Notes: generated by a model from the sequence alone, not told the origin. 64,000 nucleotides of DNA from an uncultured Roseburia sp. (GCA_964613325.1 CAZTGP010000004.1:23768-87767); one strand, 5' to 3'; counted from the stretch's first letter, positions 1-10,442 are shown. Numbers and translations are program-made.

Positions 1-1824
1 ACCTTGAACTACAAGGGAGAAGATTCGGTGGATGTGACTGGGTACCAGCTTGGTGCCAGTACACTTTCTGATTTTGGATTATTTCCAGAGCCAGCAGTGT
101 TATCCGGAACATTGGACAAAGCTCATCCAATTACAAAAGAACTGACCTGCAAGATGCCAGATTCCTGGGCAGGAAAGAACGCAAGCGTAGGATTTGAACC
201 ATATTTGCAGAAGCCGAATCCAGATGCACCATTTGGAATGGAAACCGTATATGATTCAGCAAAGCTGGGACTCGCGTATTATCTGAATACCCAATACAAG
301 GTACAGGATGGTCAGGGCTGGAATGGTAAGAAACAGTTTTCAGTAGATGGAGACTTTCTTACCTATTATGGAGACGTAGTAAATGGGAAAGTAGAGACAG
401 AGAAGTACTACAAGCTCAACTTCGATTTAGGAGAGGGTGTGGTATTACCAGAATATCCAATAGTATACGGAGGAAATGGACATTCCATGACTACGGAGCT
501 GAGGGATAAGGATAATCATCCATCTTTCTGGACCAGTGGACATATCTGCGATCTGGGATGTATGACCAGCCTAAGCTTTGATGTGAAGGATATGTCGAAG
601 TATCCACATTGTGAGGTAATCCCCGCTTCCGCAGGGAAAATCGTTGTTCATCCAATTGGAGATACAAACGCTACGTATTTTATCACTTCTCTGAAATTAA
701 CAGCACCGGCAACAATTAAAATCACATTGGAAGATAAGGCAACATTGACGGATCAAAAGTCCAACGTATGCATGACGGTTGCAAATGCGAAGGACTGGGG
801 CAATTACATCGGTGTGGACTTCGTGGCAGAGAAGCTTGAAGGAACTGCAGCAGACAATGCAGCTTCCAAAGTACTATCTACATTGGGCAATGGAAGCCAG
901 GCAATTGCATACAATACGCACTTGGCAATTGGTGATCTTACACCAGAAATGGGAGAGAGCGATACAGCGACCATTACGATGCCAATCCCAGATAGCTGGT
1001 ATCCAGAGGATACCGTTGTATATTCGGTATCGGACGATGGAACAATTGCTGATATGTCGGCTATTGCAGATAAAGCAACAAGGACGATTTCATTCAACAC
1101 AAACAAATTGACCACATTTGTTCTGGCAGCAAAACCACATGTGCACACATGGGATAATGGTGTAGTAACGAAGGAACCAACAGCAGATGGAAAAGGAATT
1201 ATAAGCAAGACTACATATACTTGCAGTGTATGTGGAAAGACGAACGTTGAATTGAAAATAACGAATAATAATTCGGTAAAAACGGATGGACCATCCACCA
1301 CAGCAGATGACCTAACTGTAAAAGTGGAGAGCAGTGATGATAAAAGTATATCAGTTGCAGCTGCAAATTCAATTCTACCTGCTAATACAACCATGAAAAC
1401 ACAGAAGGTGGAAAGTGGTGAAACTTATGAGACTGCCAAAAAGCTGGTTACAGAAAAGATAAAAAATCATGGGAATTATGCAGTATTTGATCTTAATTTA
1501 ATGGATGGTAATAATGTAGAACTCCATCAGTTAAAAGGAAAAGTTCAGGTTACTATGGATGCACCAATTCAGGTAGCAGCAGGAAATACCATTAAAGTAT
1601 ATCGTGTAAATGGAGACGAATTGGTAGAATGCAGTTCTTCCGTTTCCGATGGCAGATTAACATTCGAGACAGACCACTTTAGTACCTATGTTTTCGTAGA
1701 ACAACCAATTGCGAAAACTTCGCCAGAGATGGGAGATGTAGACATCACACTTTATTTGTCATTACTTGCGATTGCATTCGTGATGATGGCGGGTGTGATC
1801 TTACATAAAAAAATAGTGAAATAG
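1..1824 (+). CDS. Cell-wall-anchored surface protein, probably 5'-truncated by the window; C-terminal sorting signal
   Basis: Frame is open from base 1. Contains HVHTWDNGVVTKEPT...CSVCG repeat-like motif. Ends with TSPEMGD, a hydrophobic TM segment and a basic tail (HKKIVK). Confidence 0.75.
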   Translation, partial: TLNYKGEDSVDVTGYQLGASTLSDFGLFPEPAVLSGTLDKAHPITKELTCKMPDSWAGKNASVGFEPYLQKPNPDAPFGMETVYDSAKLGLAYYLNTQYKVQDGQGWNGKKQFSVDGDFLTYYGDVVNGKVETEKYYKLNFDLGEGVVLPEYPIVYGGNGHSMTTELRDKDNHPSFWTSGHICDLGCMTSLSFDVKDMSKYPHCEVIPASAGKIVVHPIGDTNATYFITSLKLTAPATIKITLEDKATLTDQKSNVCMTVANAKDWGNYIGVDFVAEKLEGTAADNAASKVLSTLGNGSQAIAYNTHLAIGDLTPEMGESDTATITMPIPDSWYPEDTVVYSVSDDGTIADMSAIADKATRTISFNTNKLTTFVLAAKPHVHTWDNGVVTKEPTADGKGIISKTTYTCSVCGKTNVELKITNNNSVKTDGPSTTADDLTVKVESSDDKSISVAAANSILPANTTMKTQKVESGETYETAKKLVTEKIKNHGNYAVFDLNLMDGNNVELHQLKGKVQVTMDAPIQVAAGNTIKVYRVNGDELVECSSSVSDGRLTFETDHFSTYVFVEQPIAKTSPEMGDVDITLYLSLLAIAFVMMAGVILHKKIVK

Positions 1825-1886
1825 TATTTTGGGTGGCAATCACCGAAAGAACCTGCCACTGGCAGCTTCTTCGGATGCTTGCAACT

Positions 1887-1921
1887 AAAAATGGAGGCTC
1901 TAGTATTTAGAGCCTCCATTT
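1887..1921. terminator. Bidirectional intrinsic terminator between convergent genes
   Basis: Perfect 14-bp inverted repeat aaatggaggctcta/tagagcctccattt with A/T tails. A second hairpin lies at 1843-1874. Confidence 0.75.
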
Positions 1922-1962
1922 CATGTCCTATGACAATCATAAGTAAACGTGTGATGTCTGTG

Positions 1963-2217
1963 TTAATCAATGAACTCGAAGTTGTCTCCAGCTCTTTCCT
2001 GGAATAAATTAAACACTGCATTTACAGTGTCTTCATCATCCACAGCATCAAAGCTTCCATCCTCACAGGACTGGAAGATCAGTGGAAGGTTGTCTCCCTG
2101 TTCTACAAGAACAATAAAAGTTTTCCCATCATATTCTAATTCATCTAATTTCTCAAAAGTAAGTTTGTTTCCATTCTCATCTTTAAAATATACTAAGTTT
2201 TCTTCTTCTGGATTCAT
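1963..2217 (-). CDS. DUF1292-family small acidic protein
   Basis: MNPEEENLVYFKDENGNKLTFEKLDELEYDGKTFIVL pattern. Start moved to ATG 2217 behind an AAGGGGG RBS. Confidence 0.75.
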   Translation of the reverse strand: MNPEEENLVYFKDENGNKLTFEKLDELEYDGKTFIVLVEQGDNLPLIFQSCEDGSFDAVDDEDTVNAVFNLFQERAGDNFEFID

Positions 2218-2308
2218 AAGCGAGCCCCCTTTATCAATCAAATTAATTGGTTACGAACAATATAGCATTATTCTGGTATCAATTGCAATGTTATTCACAA
2301 AAATAGTA

Positions 2309-2358
2309 TTGCAAAACATATGTTTGGGTATTATAATGAAAGAAAAGAACAACTGTTC
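2309..2358 (+). promoter_or_regulatory. SigA promoter with two LexA (SOS/Cheo) boxes
   Basis: TTGCAA (2309-14), 17 bp, TATAAT (2332-37). Degenerate AAAC-ATAT-GTTT (2314-25) in the spacer. Perfect GAAC-AACT-GTTC (2347-58) downstream. Confidence 0.8.
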
Positions 2359-2376
2359 GATAGAGCAAGGGGTGAC

Positions 2377-4071
2377 ATGTGGATGGACACAATGATACAA
2401 AGTGATATGGGAGTTATGGAGAAGCTTACAATTCTATCTGATGCTGCGAAGTATGATGTGGCGTGTACCTCCAGCGGTGTCGAGCGTAAAGGCGATGGGA
2501 AGAGTATGGGGAATGCCACAGGCTGTGGCATCTGTCATACCTTTGCGGGAGATGGAAGATGTATTTCTTTGCTTAAGATTCTTTTTACCAATGAATGTAT
2601 ATACGATTGCAAATACTGTGTGAATCGTGTGTCCAATGATGTGAAGCGTGTGTCCTTTACCCCGGAAGAAGTGTGTCAGCTTACGATGGAATTCTATCGA
2701 AGGAATTATATTGAAGGGCTGTTTTTGAGTTCAGGGATTATCCATAGCCCAGATTATACCATGGGATTACTCTATGAGACATTATTTCTGCTCCGCAATA
2801 AATACCAATTTCACGGATACATTCACATCAAAGGCATTCCAGGAGCATCCACCGAAGTTGTTGAGATGGTTGGATACTTGGCAGATCGCATGAGCGTGAA
2901 TCTGGAACTTCCTACGTCAGAAGGCTTGAAAGAACTTGCTCCGAACAAAGTTCGTAAGAATATCTTACGACCTATGCGCCAGATTCAAAGCGGAATCAAG
3001 GAAAGCCGAATGAACCACGGCGTTACCAGCATGAAGAGTCGTGTTAGCATAGATGAGAAGTCTTACTATGAACAGATGGCCGAGATACAGGATAGTTATG
3101 CCCGCTTGCAGGATTATCAGAGAGCAGCAGGAGTGCTTAGAGAGAAGCGAACAGATTCTGGAATTGTATTACCAAATACAACGAAGGCAGATCGAGTGGC
3201 AGAACAGGATTGGAAGTTCGGAGAGATTATTGGGAATACGAATTCGAGTATTCTGAAACAATCTGGTTCGTCAACACCATTTGTAGATGCAGAAGATTAC
3301 GGAAGATGGGATCTACAAAGAGGAACAAGAGAGACGGGAGCCCTTGCACATCAGAGCCGATATTTTGTGCCGGCAGGACAGAGTACGCAGATGATTATTG
3401 GAGCTACAGGAGAATCGGATTATCAGATTATGTCTGTCTCAGAAGCGTTGTATGGGAAGTTTGAGATGAAGAGAGTTTTTTATTCGGCATTTATCAATGT
3501 GAATCAGGATTCGAATCTTCCTGCACTTACCCAGGGACCGCCATTGCTTCGAGAACACAGACTATATCAGGCAGACTTTCTTCTGAGATTCTATGGCTTC
3601 AAGGCGGATGAACTTTTATCAGAACGCCAACCGAATTTCAATGAGCTGATTGATCCAAAGTGTGATTGGGCAGTTCATCACCTGGAACAATTTCCAGTGG
3701 AGATTAATAAAGCAGATTACTATACATTACTTCGTGTTCCAGGGATTGGAACACGGAGCGCCAAGAGAATTCTACAAGCAAGAAAGCATGCCAAGCTTGA
3801 TTTTAAAGATATTAAGAAAATGGGAGTCGTGTTGAAACGGGCACTTTACTTTATTACTTGTCAGGGAAAGATGATGTATCAGACCAAACTGGAGGAGACC
3901 TATATTACACATCACCTGATTTATAATGAGAAGCCGGCACATATGTTGCTGGGAGATGGTACAAGACAAAGCTTCGAACAACTGTCATTATTTGATATGC
4001 CGGGCATGTCAAATACGGTGGACGCAAAGGTGATAGATTTTGGACTACGACGTGCTGCAGGAGGTGCATAG
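2377..4071 (+). CDS. Putative DNA modification/repair radical SAM protein (TIGR03916-like) with C-terminal HhH
   Basis: AAKYDVACTSSG, CIYDCKYC (CxxxCxxC), PAGQSTQMI, REHRLYQADFLLRFY and LLRVPGIG motifs. Start at ATG 2377 (2383/2392 are alternatives). Confidence 0.9.
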   Translation: MWMDTMIQSDMGVMEKLTILSDAAKYDVACTSSGVERKGDGKSMGNATGCGICHTFAGDGRCISLLKILFTNECIYDCKYCVNRVSNDVKRVSFTPEEVCQLTMEFYRRNYIEGLFLSSGIIHSPDYTMGLLYETLFLLRNKYQFHGYIHIKGIPGASTEVVEMVGYLADRMSVNLELPTSEGLKELAPNKVRKNILRPMRQIQSGIKESRMNHGVTSMKSRVSIDEKSYYEQMAEIQDSYARLQDYQRAAGVLREKRTDSGIVLPNTTKADRVAEQDWKFGEIIGNTNSSILKQSGSSTPFVDAEDYGRWDLQRGTRETGALAHQSRYFVPAGQSTQMIIGATGESDYQIMSVSEALYGKFEMKRVFYSAFINVNQDSNLPALTQGPPLLREHRLYQADFLLRFYGFKADELLSERQPNFNELIDPKCDWAVHHLEQFPVEINKADYYTLLRVPGIGTRSAKRILQARKHAKLDFKDIKKMGVVLKRALYFITCQGKMMYQTKLEETYITHHLIYNEKPAHMLLGDGTRQSFEQLSLFDMPGMSNTVDAKVIDFGLRRAAGGA

Positions 4072-4073
4072 CA

Positions 4074-4841
4074 GTGAGTGAACGATTAATACTTCGCTGT
4101 GAAGACTCCTTAGAAGGAATCTTTACTGCGATTTATGACGGATTTGTATATAAGAATCAGGGGACAAAGCCATATACGGATTCCATCACAATTGCAATTG
4201 GGGAGGAAGGCAATCTGGAATTATTTGCAAGAGAGATTGTGATTGCAACAGATCGAGAGAAGGCTGCGAAGACTGTTGATGCTATTCAGAAGAAGCTGGG
4301 ACATTATGTATATCAGAAGTTATTCTATGCACTGTGCCATTTTGATGAGGACAGGGGGAGTGCAGTCTTTGGATATCTTGTGAGAGCATTTCCGATTGGT
4401 ACAAGAATAGAGGAACATCTTGCAGATCCGTATGTGATGCGGGTGTTAGAACTGTCTCGAAAAGCAGGGAATGAATGCCAGAGGCTATATGGATTTCTTC
4501 GATTTCGTGACATGGGCAGATTCCTCTATGCGCAGCTAGAACCAAAATGCAATGCAATTCCAATCATTATGGACCATTTTGAGGACCGTTATCCCAATGA
4601 GAATTTTATTATCTATGATAGACTGCGCCATTATGCTTTTGTACATCAAGCCTTTCAGCCAGGGTTCTTCGTGCAGGGAGATGAGATGAATCTTGACTTG
4701 TCGAAGCATGAAGATTATTTTGAAGAATTATGGAAGCAGTATTTTGCTACTATGGAGATCAAGGAGCGACATAATGAGAAGTGCCAGCGGAATATGCTTC
4801 CAAAGTGGTATCGCACAACAATGCTGGAATTTCAATCGTAG
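4074..4841 (+). CDS. Putative DNA metabolism protein (TIGR03915/DUF4130-like), partner of the radical SAM protein
   Basis: SLEGIFTAIYDGF, GFLRF, HFEDRYPNENFIIYD, LWKQYF and ERHNEKCQRNMLPKWY motifs. GTG start 2 bp after the upstream stop. Confidence 0.85.
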   Translation: MSERLILRCEDSLEGIFTAIYDGFVYKNQGTKPYTDSITIAIGEEGNLELFAREIVIATDREKAAKTVDAIQKKLGHYVYQKLFYALCHFDEDRGSAVFGYLVRAFPIGTRIEEHLADPYVMRVLELSRKAGNECQRLYGFLRFRDMGRFLYAQLEPKCNAIPIIMDHFEDRYPNENFIIYDRLRHYAFVHQAFQPGFFVQGDEMNLDLSKHEDYFEELWKQYFATMEIKERHNEKCQRNMLPKWYRTTMLEFQS

Positions 4842-4931
4842 ATAAGATAAAATAGATTTATAAAGAAAGCAATTGTAGGAATATGGAGCAAGTGGAGTTG
4901 TAATAAGTAATTTAACGATTGTGGGAAGCGA

Positions 4932-5465
4932 GTGGACATGGCATTTATACTTGTAATAGCAATGATATTTGGATTAGACTATGGTGTGAAAGAATATGTG
5001 GATCGAAAGTATACAGTGGGAGAACAGCACCCAATTTGGGGCGGTCATGTAGTGATTGAGAAGTTTTATAATCGGGGAGCAACTTTAGGATTCCTGAAAG
5101 AGAAACCGAAGGTGATGAGATGGCTGCACCGTGGAATTATGATAGCTGTTACTGGTATCTTTGGAGCATTACTCATAAGACATCGAGCGGATGAGAAAAT
5201 GACAGTTCTTGGACTGGCGATGCTTCTGGGTGGAGGATGCAGCAATTTATTTGATAGAGAGAAGAAAGGGCATGTGGTGGACTATTTCTGGTTCGCACAT
5301 CGAAAGCCAAGGAAGCGCAGGGTGATATTTAATCTTTCGGATTTTTTTATATTTATTGGTGCAATCTTATCAGTACTTGGGAGAAGATGTGTGAAAGACG
5401 AGCTAGGGGAAGACTGGAATAGTTTATTCATAGCAAAAAAGAGACAATCAATTACCAATTGGTAA
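4932..5465 (+). CDS. lspA: Signal peptidase II (prolipoprotein signal peptidase) family
   Basis: NRGATLG, GGGCSNLFDR, GHVVDYF and FNLSD motifs, with both catalytic Asp residues; hydrophobic segments. Confidence 0.8.
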   Translation: MDMAFILVIAMIFGLDYGVKEYVDRKYTVGEQHPIWGGHVVIEKFYNRGATLGFLKEKPKVMRWLHRGIMIAVTGIFGALLIRHRADEKMTVLGLAMLLGGGCSNLFDREKKGHVVDYFWFAHRKPRKRRVIFNLSDFFIFIGAILSVLGRRCVKDELGEDWNSLFIAKKRQSITNW

Positions 5466-5482
5466 CCGATTGTCTCTTTTTT
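5435..5482. terminator. Bidirectional terminator between lspA and csp
   Basis: aaaaaagagacaatc ... gattgtctctttttt inverted repeat. Confidence 0.8.
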
Positions 5483-5577
5483 AATCATTATGAATCCATT
5501 ATCTTATTTCAATATCTAATAAAACTATTATGAAAAGAAAAAGGTACATAGATCTTGGTGATTAGATCAGGCAGTAA

Positions 5578-5781
5578 TTATCTAACTACTTTAACGCCTG
5601 TTGCCTGAGGGCCTTTAGCACCATCAGAGATTTCAAATTCTACTTCAGCGCCTTCTTCAAGGGATTTGAATCCATCCATGTCAAGTCCTGAGTAGTGTAC
5701 GAATACATCATGGCCATCTTCAGCTGTGATAAATCCGTAACCTTTTTGGTTGTTAAACCATTTTACTGTACCTTTGTTCAT
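5578..5781 (-). CDS. cspA: Cold-shock protein
   Basis: [18 protein letters not shown]...DVFVHYS (RNP1/RNP2 motifs). GGAGG RBS before ATG 5781. Confidence 0.95.
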   Translation of the reverse strand: MNKGTVKWFNNQKGYGFITAEDGHDVFVHYSGLDMDGFKSLEEGAEVEFEISDGAKGPQATGVKVVR

Positions 5782-5996
5782 CGAAAGTACCTCCAAAAAA
5801 TATAAATATGTTGCATATGCAACTGTGTTTAGCATAGCATAGTGAAAATAAAAAGTAAAGCCAAAAAAACGCATTTATAGGGTTAATTTGACGATAATTT
5901 ATCAATTTATAAACAAAGATTCTGAATCTATACAAAAACTCGGAAAAACAGATGAAATAGTATGAATTATCAGAAATGAATATTTATACATATGAA

Positions 5997-6500
5997 TTAT
6001 AACTCTTCAAAGTCTATTTCATGCTGTGCCAGAAAGCGGCGAACAAGCTGATCCCATTCATTTTCCAATGATTTATCAGGTGAAAAGATATTGTAGGAGA
6101 TTCCAGTGGTAAGGGTCAATAATTGATTCTGAAACTTTAGATTCAGAAATACACCAGTGATATCATTGATCGTGAAACTGCTTTGCAAAGAGGAAAGTGT
6201 ACGTTCGAGATTCTCCGGTGACAGAAGAAATACAAATTTAAAAGAAGTAGGTGTTTTCTTGCCTTTAATCAGGTCAAAACACTGTTGACGCAGCATGGAA
6301 AAAGGCATAATGCGATAGCCTGTGATCCCAAGCTCCTCTATTTCAGATTCAGTATAGAAGGACTGGTTTACGTGTCCATCAATTACAAAAGATGCCCCAT
6401 TTATAATGGCTGCTTCCTGTAAAAGAAAGTGATCAAAGGTATCACTTCGAAGTAATTTGTTCATAAAATCCTTTACATCTGTCAATTCTAATGCGATCAT
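5997..6500 (-). CDS. DUF5721-like conserved hypothetical protein
   Basis: MIALELTDVKDFMNKLL...LIKGKKTPTSFKFVF pattern typical of Lachnospiraceae; AGGAGG RBS. Confidence 0.65.
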   Translation of the reverse strand: MIALELTDVKDFMNKLLRSDTFDHFLLQEAAIINGASFVIDGHVNQSFYTESEIEELGITGYRIMPFSMLRQQCFDLIKGKKTPTSFKFVFLLSPENLERTLSSLQSSFTINDITGVFLNLKFQNQLLTLTTGISYNIFSPDKSLENEWDQLVRRFLAQHEIDFEEL

Positions 6501-6607
6501 ATGCCCTCCTGATATCCTGCGTGATTAAGTAAAATTATTATATCATAAAGCAATCTTTTGTAGTAGAATGAAAGAAGTGTTTTTCTTATATTTATGGAGG
6601 TGTTTAT

Positions 6608-7894
6608 ATGACAGAACAGGAAAAACTGTTTGAAATGTTAAATTGGGGAGTGACCCCTTTCGGATGTGTGCAGGAAAGTGAGCGCAGATTAGTAGATGCA
6701 GGATTCAAAAAGATTCAGTATGAAGATGCCTGGGATCTGCAGGCTGGTGGAAAATACGTGATGAATCACCATGATACAGCATTGTTTGCATTTTCTATTG
6801 GAGAGAACTATCAGACGGGTGATATGCTTCGCATGGCGGCAGCACATACAGATTATCCATGCTTTCGTATCAAACCAAATGCAGATTTCAAGGCAGATGC
6901 CTATGCACAGGTGAATGTGGAGGTGTACGGTGGTCCAATCTTAAATACATGGCTTGACCGTCCACTGGGAATAGCTGGAAGAGTTGCAGTTCGTGGAGAG
7001 AATCCATTTGAGCCAAGAATGATGTTTTATCGTTCTAAGAAGCCACTTCTCACCATTCCAAACCTTGCAATACATATGAATCGTGAAGTGAATACTGGAA
7101 TTGAATTAAATAAACAGATTGATTTAATGCCAGTACTTGACATGATTCCAAAGGAGCAGAAAGAGACCGATTATTTCCTGAGTTTCCTGGCGGAGGAATT
7201 AGAAGTAAAGAAAGAGGATATTCTTGACTTCGAACTTAGCCTATTCTGCACGGAAGAACCAGCATATATTGGAATTAAAGATACATTGATCTCTAGCCCA
7301 AGATTAGACAATCAGACTTCCGTCTCTGCTTTAGTTTCCGCAATCGCAGATGCAAGACGCACAGATGGAATTAATTTGATTGCGTTATTTGATCATGAAG
7401 AAATTGGAAATACAAGTAAGCAGGGAGCAGCTTCAATTTTGTTACATGATATGGCAGACCGCATCTTAAAGAAAATGGGAGCTGATGACGAAGAGGTTAC
7501 ACGTGCAATGTATGGAGCAATGCTGCTATCCGTGGACGTGGCTCACGGACTTCACCCAAACAAGCAAGGGAAAATGGATATTACCAATCATCCGGTACTT
7601 GGAAAAGGCTTCTGCATCAAGGAAGCTTCTTCACAGTCTTATGCAACGGATTCTCAGGCAATTGCAATTCTTTGCCAGATATGTGATAAAGAGAACATCC
7701 CTTATCAGCGATTTGTAAACCGTTCTGATATTCGCGGTGGTGGAACACTAGGATCGGTAGCATCTACCCTGTTCCCTGTGAAAACAGTAGATATCGGAAT
7801 TCCTTTACTTGCAATGCATTCGGCAAGAGAGCTTATGGGGGCGGCAGACATGGATTCGCTGAAAGATGGAGTGACCGCATTCTTCTCTTTATAG
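6608..7894 (+). CDS. apeB: M18 family (aspartyl) aminopeptidase
   Basis: AAHTDYP, VEVYGG, IPNLAIH, RLDN, FDHEEIG, SVDVAHGLHPN and AMHSARE motifs. Confidence 0.9.
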   Translation: MTEQEKLFEMLNWGVTPFGCVQESERRLVDAGFKKIQYEDAWDLQAGGKYVMNHHDTALFAFSIGENYQTGDMLRMAAAHTDYPCFRIKPNADFKADAYAQVNVEVYGGPILNTWLDRPLGIAGRVAVRGENPFEPRMMFYRSKKPLLTIPNLAIHMNREVNTGIELNKQIDLMPVLDMIPKEQKETDYFLSFLAEELEVKKEDILDFELSLFCTEEPAYIGIKDTLISSPRLDNQTSVSALVSAIADARRTDGINLIALFDHEEIGNTSKQGAASILLHDMADRILKKMGADDEEVTRAMYGAMLLSVDVAHGLHPNKQGKMDITNHPVLGKGFCIKEASSQSYATDSQAIAILCQICDKENIPYQRFVNRSDIRGGGTLGSVASTLFPVKTVDIGIPLLAMHSARELMGAADMDSLKDGVTAFFSL

Positions 7895-7974
7895 AGGAAG
7901 CCCTCGAAGTGTAAGAACTTCTGGTTTAGAGGAATATATGGTTTGTTAAATTTAAAAATATGAAAATGTATTAC

Positions 7975-8016
7975 GAAAAGACGCTATGATTGAATGATTA
8001 TAGCGTCTTTTCTTTC
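7975..8016 (+). terminator. Intrinsic terminator
   Basis: gaaaagacgctat/atagcgtcttttc inverted repeat plus T-rich tail. Confidence 0.75.
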
Positions 8017-8275
8017 ACCATAGCGTAGGTTTCATAACTGAAACATACCTGAATTCAGCGGCTTTATAGACAATTTCTATAATAAGAAAATGAAAATCAG
8101 GTATGAAAATGGCGAAAATATTAAAAATATATAAAGAGGAAGAAATTATCTATACAAAAATTAGTTTTCGTGTTAATATTAAGTAGTAATTGATACTACA
8201 TGTAAAAGTAAAAGATAACCAATAATGGGTTAATGAATACCTATTGCGTTTTTATAGAGAAAGGAAGCCATAGAG

Positions 8276-9115
8276 ATGTATAAAATTATTCTTGACAGCT
8301 GTGGAGAATTGCCAGAGGAGTTAAAAGCAGATGGACACTTTATGAATGTTCCATTAGAGCTTGAAGTAGATGGATATCGAATTCGTGATGATGAATCATT
8401 TGACCAAAAAGACTTCTTAAGAAGAGTGAAAGAAAGCCTGAAAGGACCGAAATCAGCATGTCCATCTCCAGAGAGCTATATGAAAGCCATGGAGGGAGAA
8501 GCAGAGAATGTCTATATCGTGACATTATCAGCAAAATTGAGTGGTTCTTATAATAGCGCTGTGTTAGCAAAGAATCTATATGAGGATGAGCACAGCGAGA
8601 AGAAAAATATTCATGTGTTCAATTCACGTTCGGCATCAATTGGAGAGACCATTATTGGCTTAAAAGTACAGGAATACGAAGAAGCAGGATTCACATTTGA
8701 AGAGATAGTTCAGAAGGTAGAAGCACATATTGCTTCCATGAATACCTTTTTTGTTCTTGAAACACTAGAGACATTGAGAAAAGCGGGCAGACTTAGTAAT
8801 CTGAAGGCTGCAATTGCCAATACTTTGAATATTAAACCAGTTATGGCTTCTACAAAAGAAGGGCTGGTCCAGCAGCTTGGCCAGGCCAGAGGCATGAAGA
8901 AGGCCCTAACTCAGATGGTACAGGATGTTGTGAAGAATACAAAGAACAGTGAACATCGAATTCTTGCAATCGCCCATTGCAACTGCCCAGAGCGAGCACA
9001 GTATGTGAAAGAGAAAATTGAAGAGCTTGCAAAGTTCAAGAAGATTGTGATTGTAAATACTGCAGGCGTTTCCAGCATGTATGCAAATGACGGCGGTATT
9101 ATATTGGCTGTATAA
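8276..9115 (+). CDS. DegV family fatty-acid-binding protein
   Basis: IILDSC, PKSACPSP, LSAKLSGSYNSA, TLETLRKAGRL and NIKP motifs. Confidence 0.9.
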   Translation: MYKIILDSCGELPEELKADGHFMNVPLELEVDGYRIRDDESFDQKDFLRRVKESLKGPKSACPSPESYMKAMEGEAENVYIVTLSAKLSGSYNSAVLAKNLYEDEHSEKKNIHVFNSRSASIGETIIGLKVQEYEEAGFTFEEIVQKVEAHIASMNTFFVLETLETLRKAGRLSNLKAAIANTLNIKPVMASTKEGLVQQLGQARGMKKALTQMVQDVVKNTKNSEHRILAIAHCNCPERAQYVKEKIEELAKFKKIVIVNTAGVSSMYANDGGIILAV

Positions 9116-9150
9116 AGCACTTGAAACAAAGTGAATAGAGAAGTAGAATA

Positions 9151-9186
9151 GCGGAGAAGGAACGGAAGGTTCTATCTCCGTTTTTT
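9151..9186 (+). terminator. Intrinsic terminator after the DegV gene
   Basis: gcggaga...tctccg hairpin followed by a T tract. Confidence 0.65.
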
Positions 9187-9212
9187 CATCATTAAAATAG
9201 AGGTTTACTGAT

Positions 9213-10442
9213 ATGCGTGAATATACATATGAAGAAATACTAGAAAAAATAGAAAATGCCAGACGCTTTGGCAATTTGCCAGGGGTAGAGGTAAGCAGGA
9301 AAATGCTTGAAATTCTGGGGGAACCCCAGAAAGGCATTCCTTATGTGCACATTGCAGGAACCAATGGAAAAGGATCTACGTCTGCATTTCTGACCAGCAT
9401 ACTTCAGAGGGCAGGAAAGAAAGTGGGAACTTTTACTTCACCTCATCTTGTGGATTTTCGTGAGCGAATTACCGTGAATGGAACAATGATTCCAAAAGAA
9501 GATGTGAAAAGAATTGGAAACCAGTTATTGAACATAGATTTTGGTGTGTCTGCAACGATGTTTGATTATTGCATGGTGATGGCTGTGCTCTACTTCAAAG
9601 AGCAGAATTGTGACATTACAATTATGGAGACTGGACTTGGAGGTAAGCTGGATTCCACCAATGCTCTTGGGATACCAGAAGTGGCAATCATTACCAAAAT
9701 TGGATTTGATCATATGGCGATTCTTGGAAACACCTTGGCAGAGATAGCAGCGGAGAAGGCTGGAATCATAAAGAAAGGCTCTTATGTTGTAATTGAAACT
9801 CAAGAACCGGAAGCAGACCAGGTGTTAGTACAGGCAGCTCAACAGGCAGATGGATTTTATGAAATCACAAAGGAAGATATCGAGCAGGCTTCAAAATTAG
9901 AAATGAGACTACTGGGAGTTCATCAGTGGGAGAATGCAGCAGCAGCAATCCGGGCAGCAGAATATCTGTTAAGTGATACCGGGATGCAGTCTGAATATAT
10001 CTGCGAAGGGGTAAAAGAAGCCCGCTGGCCAGGAAGAATGGAAATTCTTTCCAGAGAGCCATTCCTTATGGTAGATGGCGCGCATAATGGACACGGCGTC
10101 CTTGCACTTCGGGACAGCCTGCGTTTTTTGTATCCGGAGGAAAGATTCCATTTTATTATGGGGGTCATGGCGGATAAGGACTATGAGATTATGGTGACAG
10201 AGCTTTTGCCATTGGCTATAGATTTTGTGACAGTAACACCGGAAAGCAGCCGCGCGTTACAGGGGGAAGAGCTTGCACGCGTCATTGAGAAGAAAGGTAT
10301 CCACGCGAAAAACTGTATAAGTGTACAGGAAGCACTTCGTCCGTGGATAGAGCCAAAGCAGAATGCCAGCCCTGTGGATAAAACCATATGCTTTGGGTCG
10401 CTCTATTTCATTGGTGAAATTGAAGGGTTCCAAATTACTTAA
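9213..10442 (+). CDS. folC: Folylpolyglutamate synthase/dihydrofolate synthase
   Basis: HIAGTNGKGS, FTSPHL, METGLGGKLDSTN, DHMAILG, WPGRME, DGAHN and GSLY motifs. Confidence 0.92.
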   Translation: MREYTYEEILEKIENARRFGNLPGVEVSRKMLEILGEPQKGIPYVHIAGTNGKGSTSAFLTSILQRAGKKVGTFTSPHLVDFRERITVNGTMIPKEDVKRIGNQLLNIDFGVSATMFDYCMVMAVLYFKEQNCDITIMETGLGGKLDSTNALGIPEVAIITKIGFDHMAILGNTLAEIAAEKAGIIKKGSYVVIETQEPEADQVLVQAAQQADGFYEITKEDIEQASKLEMRLLGVHQWENAAAAIRAAEYLLSDTGMQSEYICEGVKEARWPGRMEILSREPFLMVDGAHNGHGVLALRDSLRFLYPEERFHFIMGVMADKDYEIMVTELLPLAIDFVTVTPESSRALQGEELARVIEKKGIHAKNCISVQEALRPWIEPKQNASPVDKTICFGSLYFIGEIEGFQIT

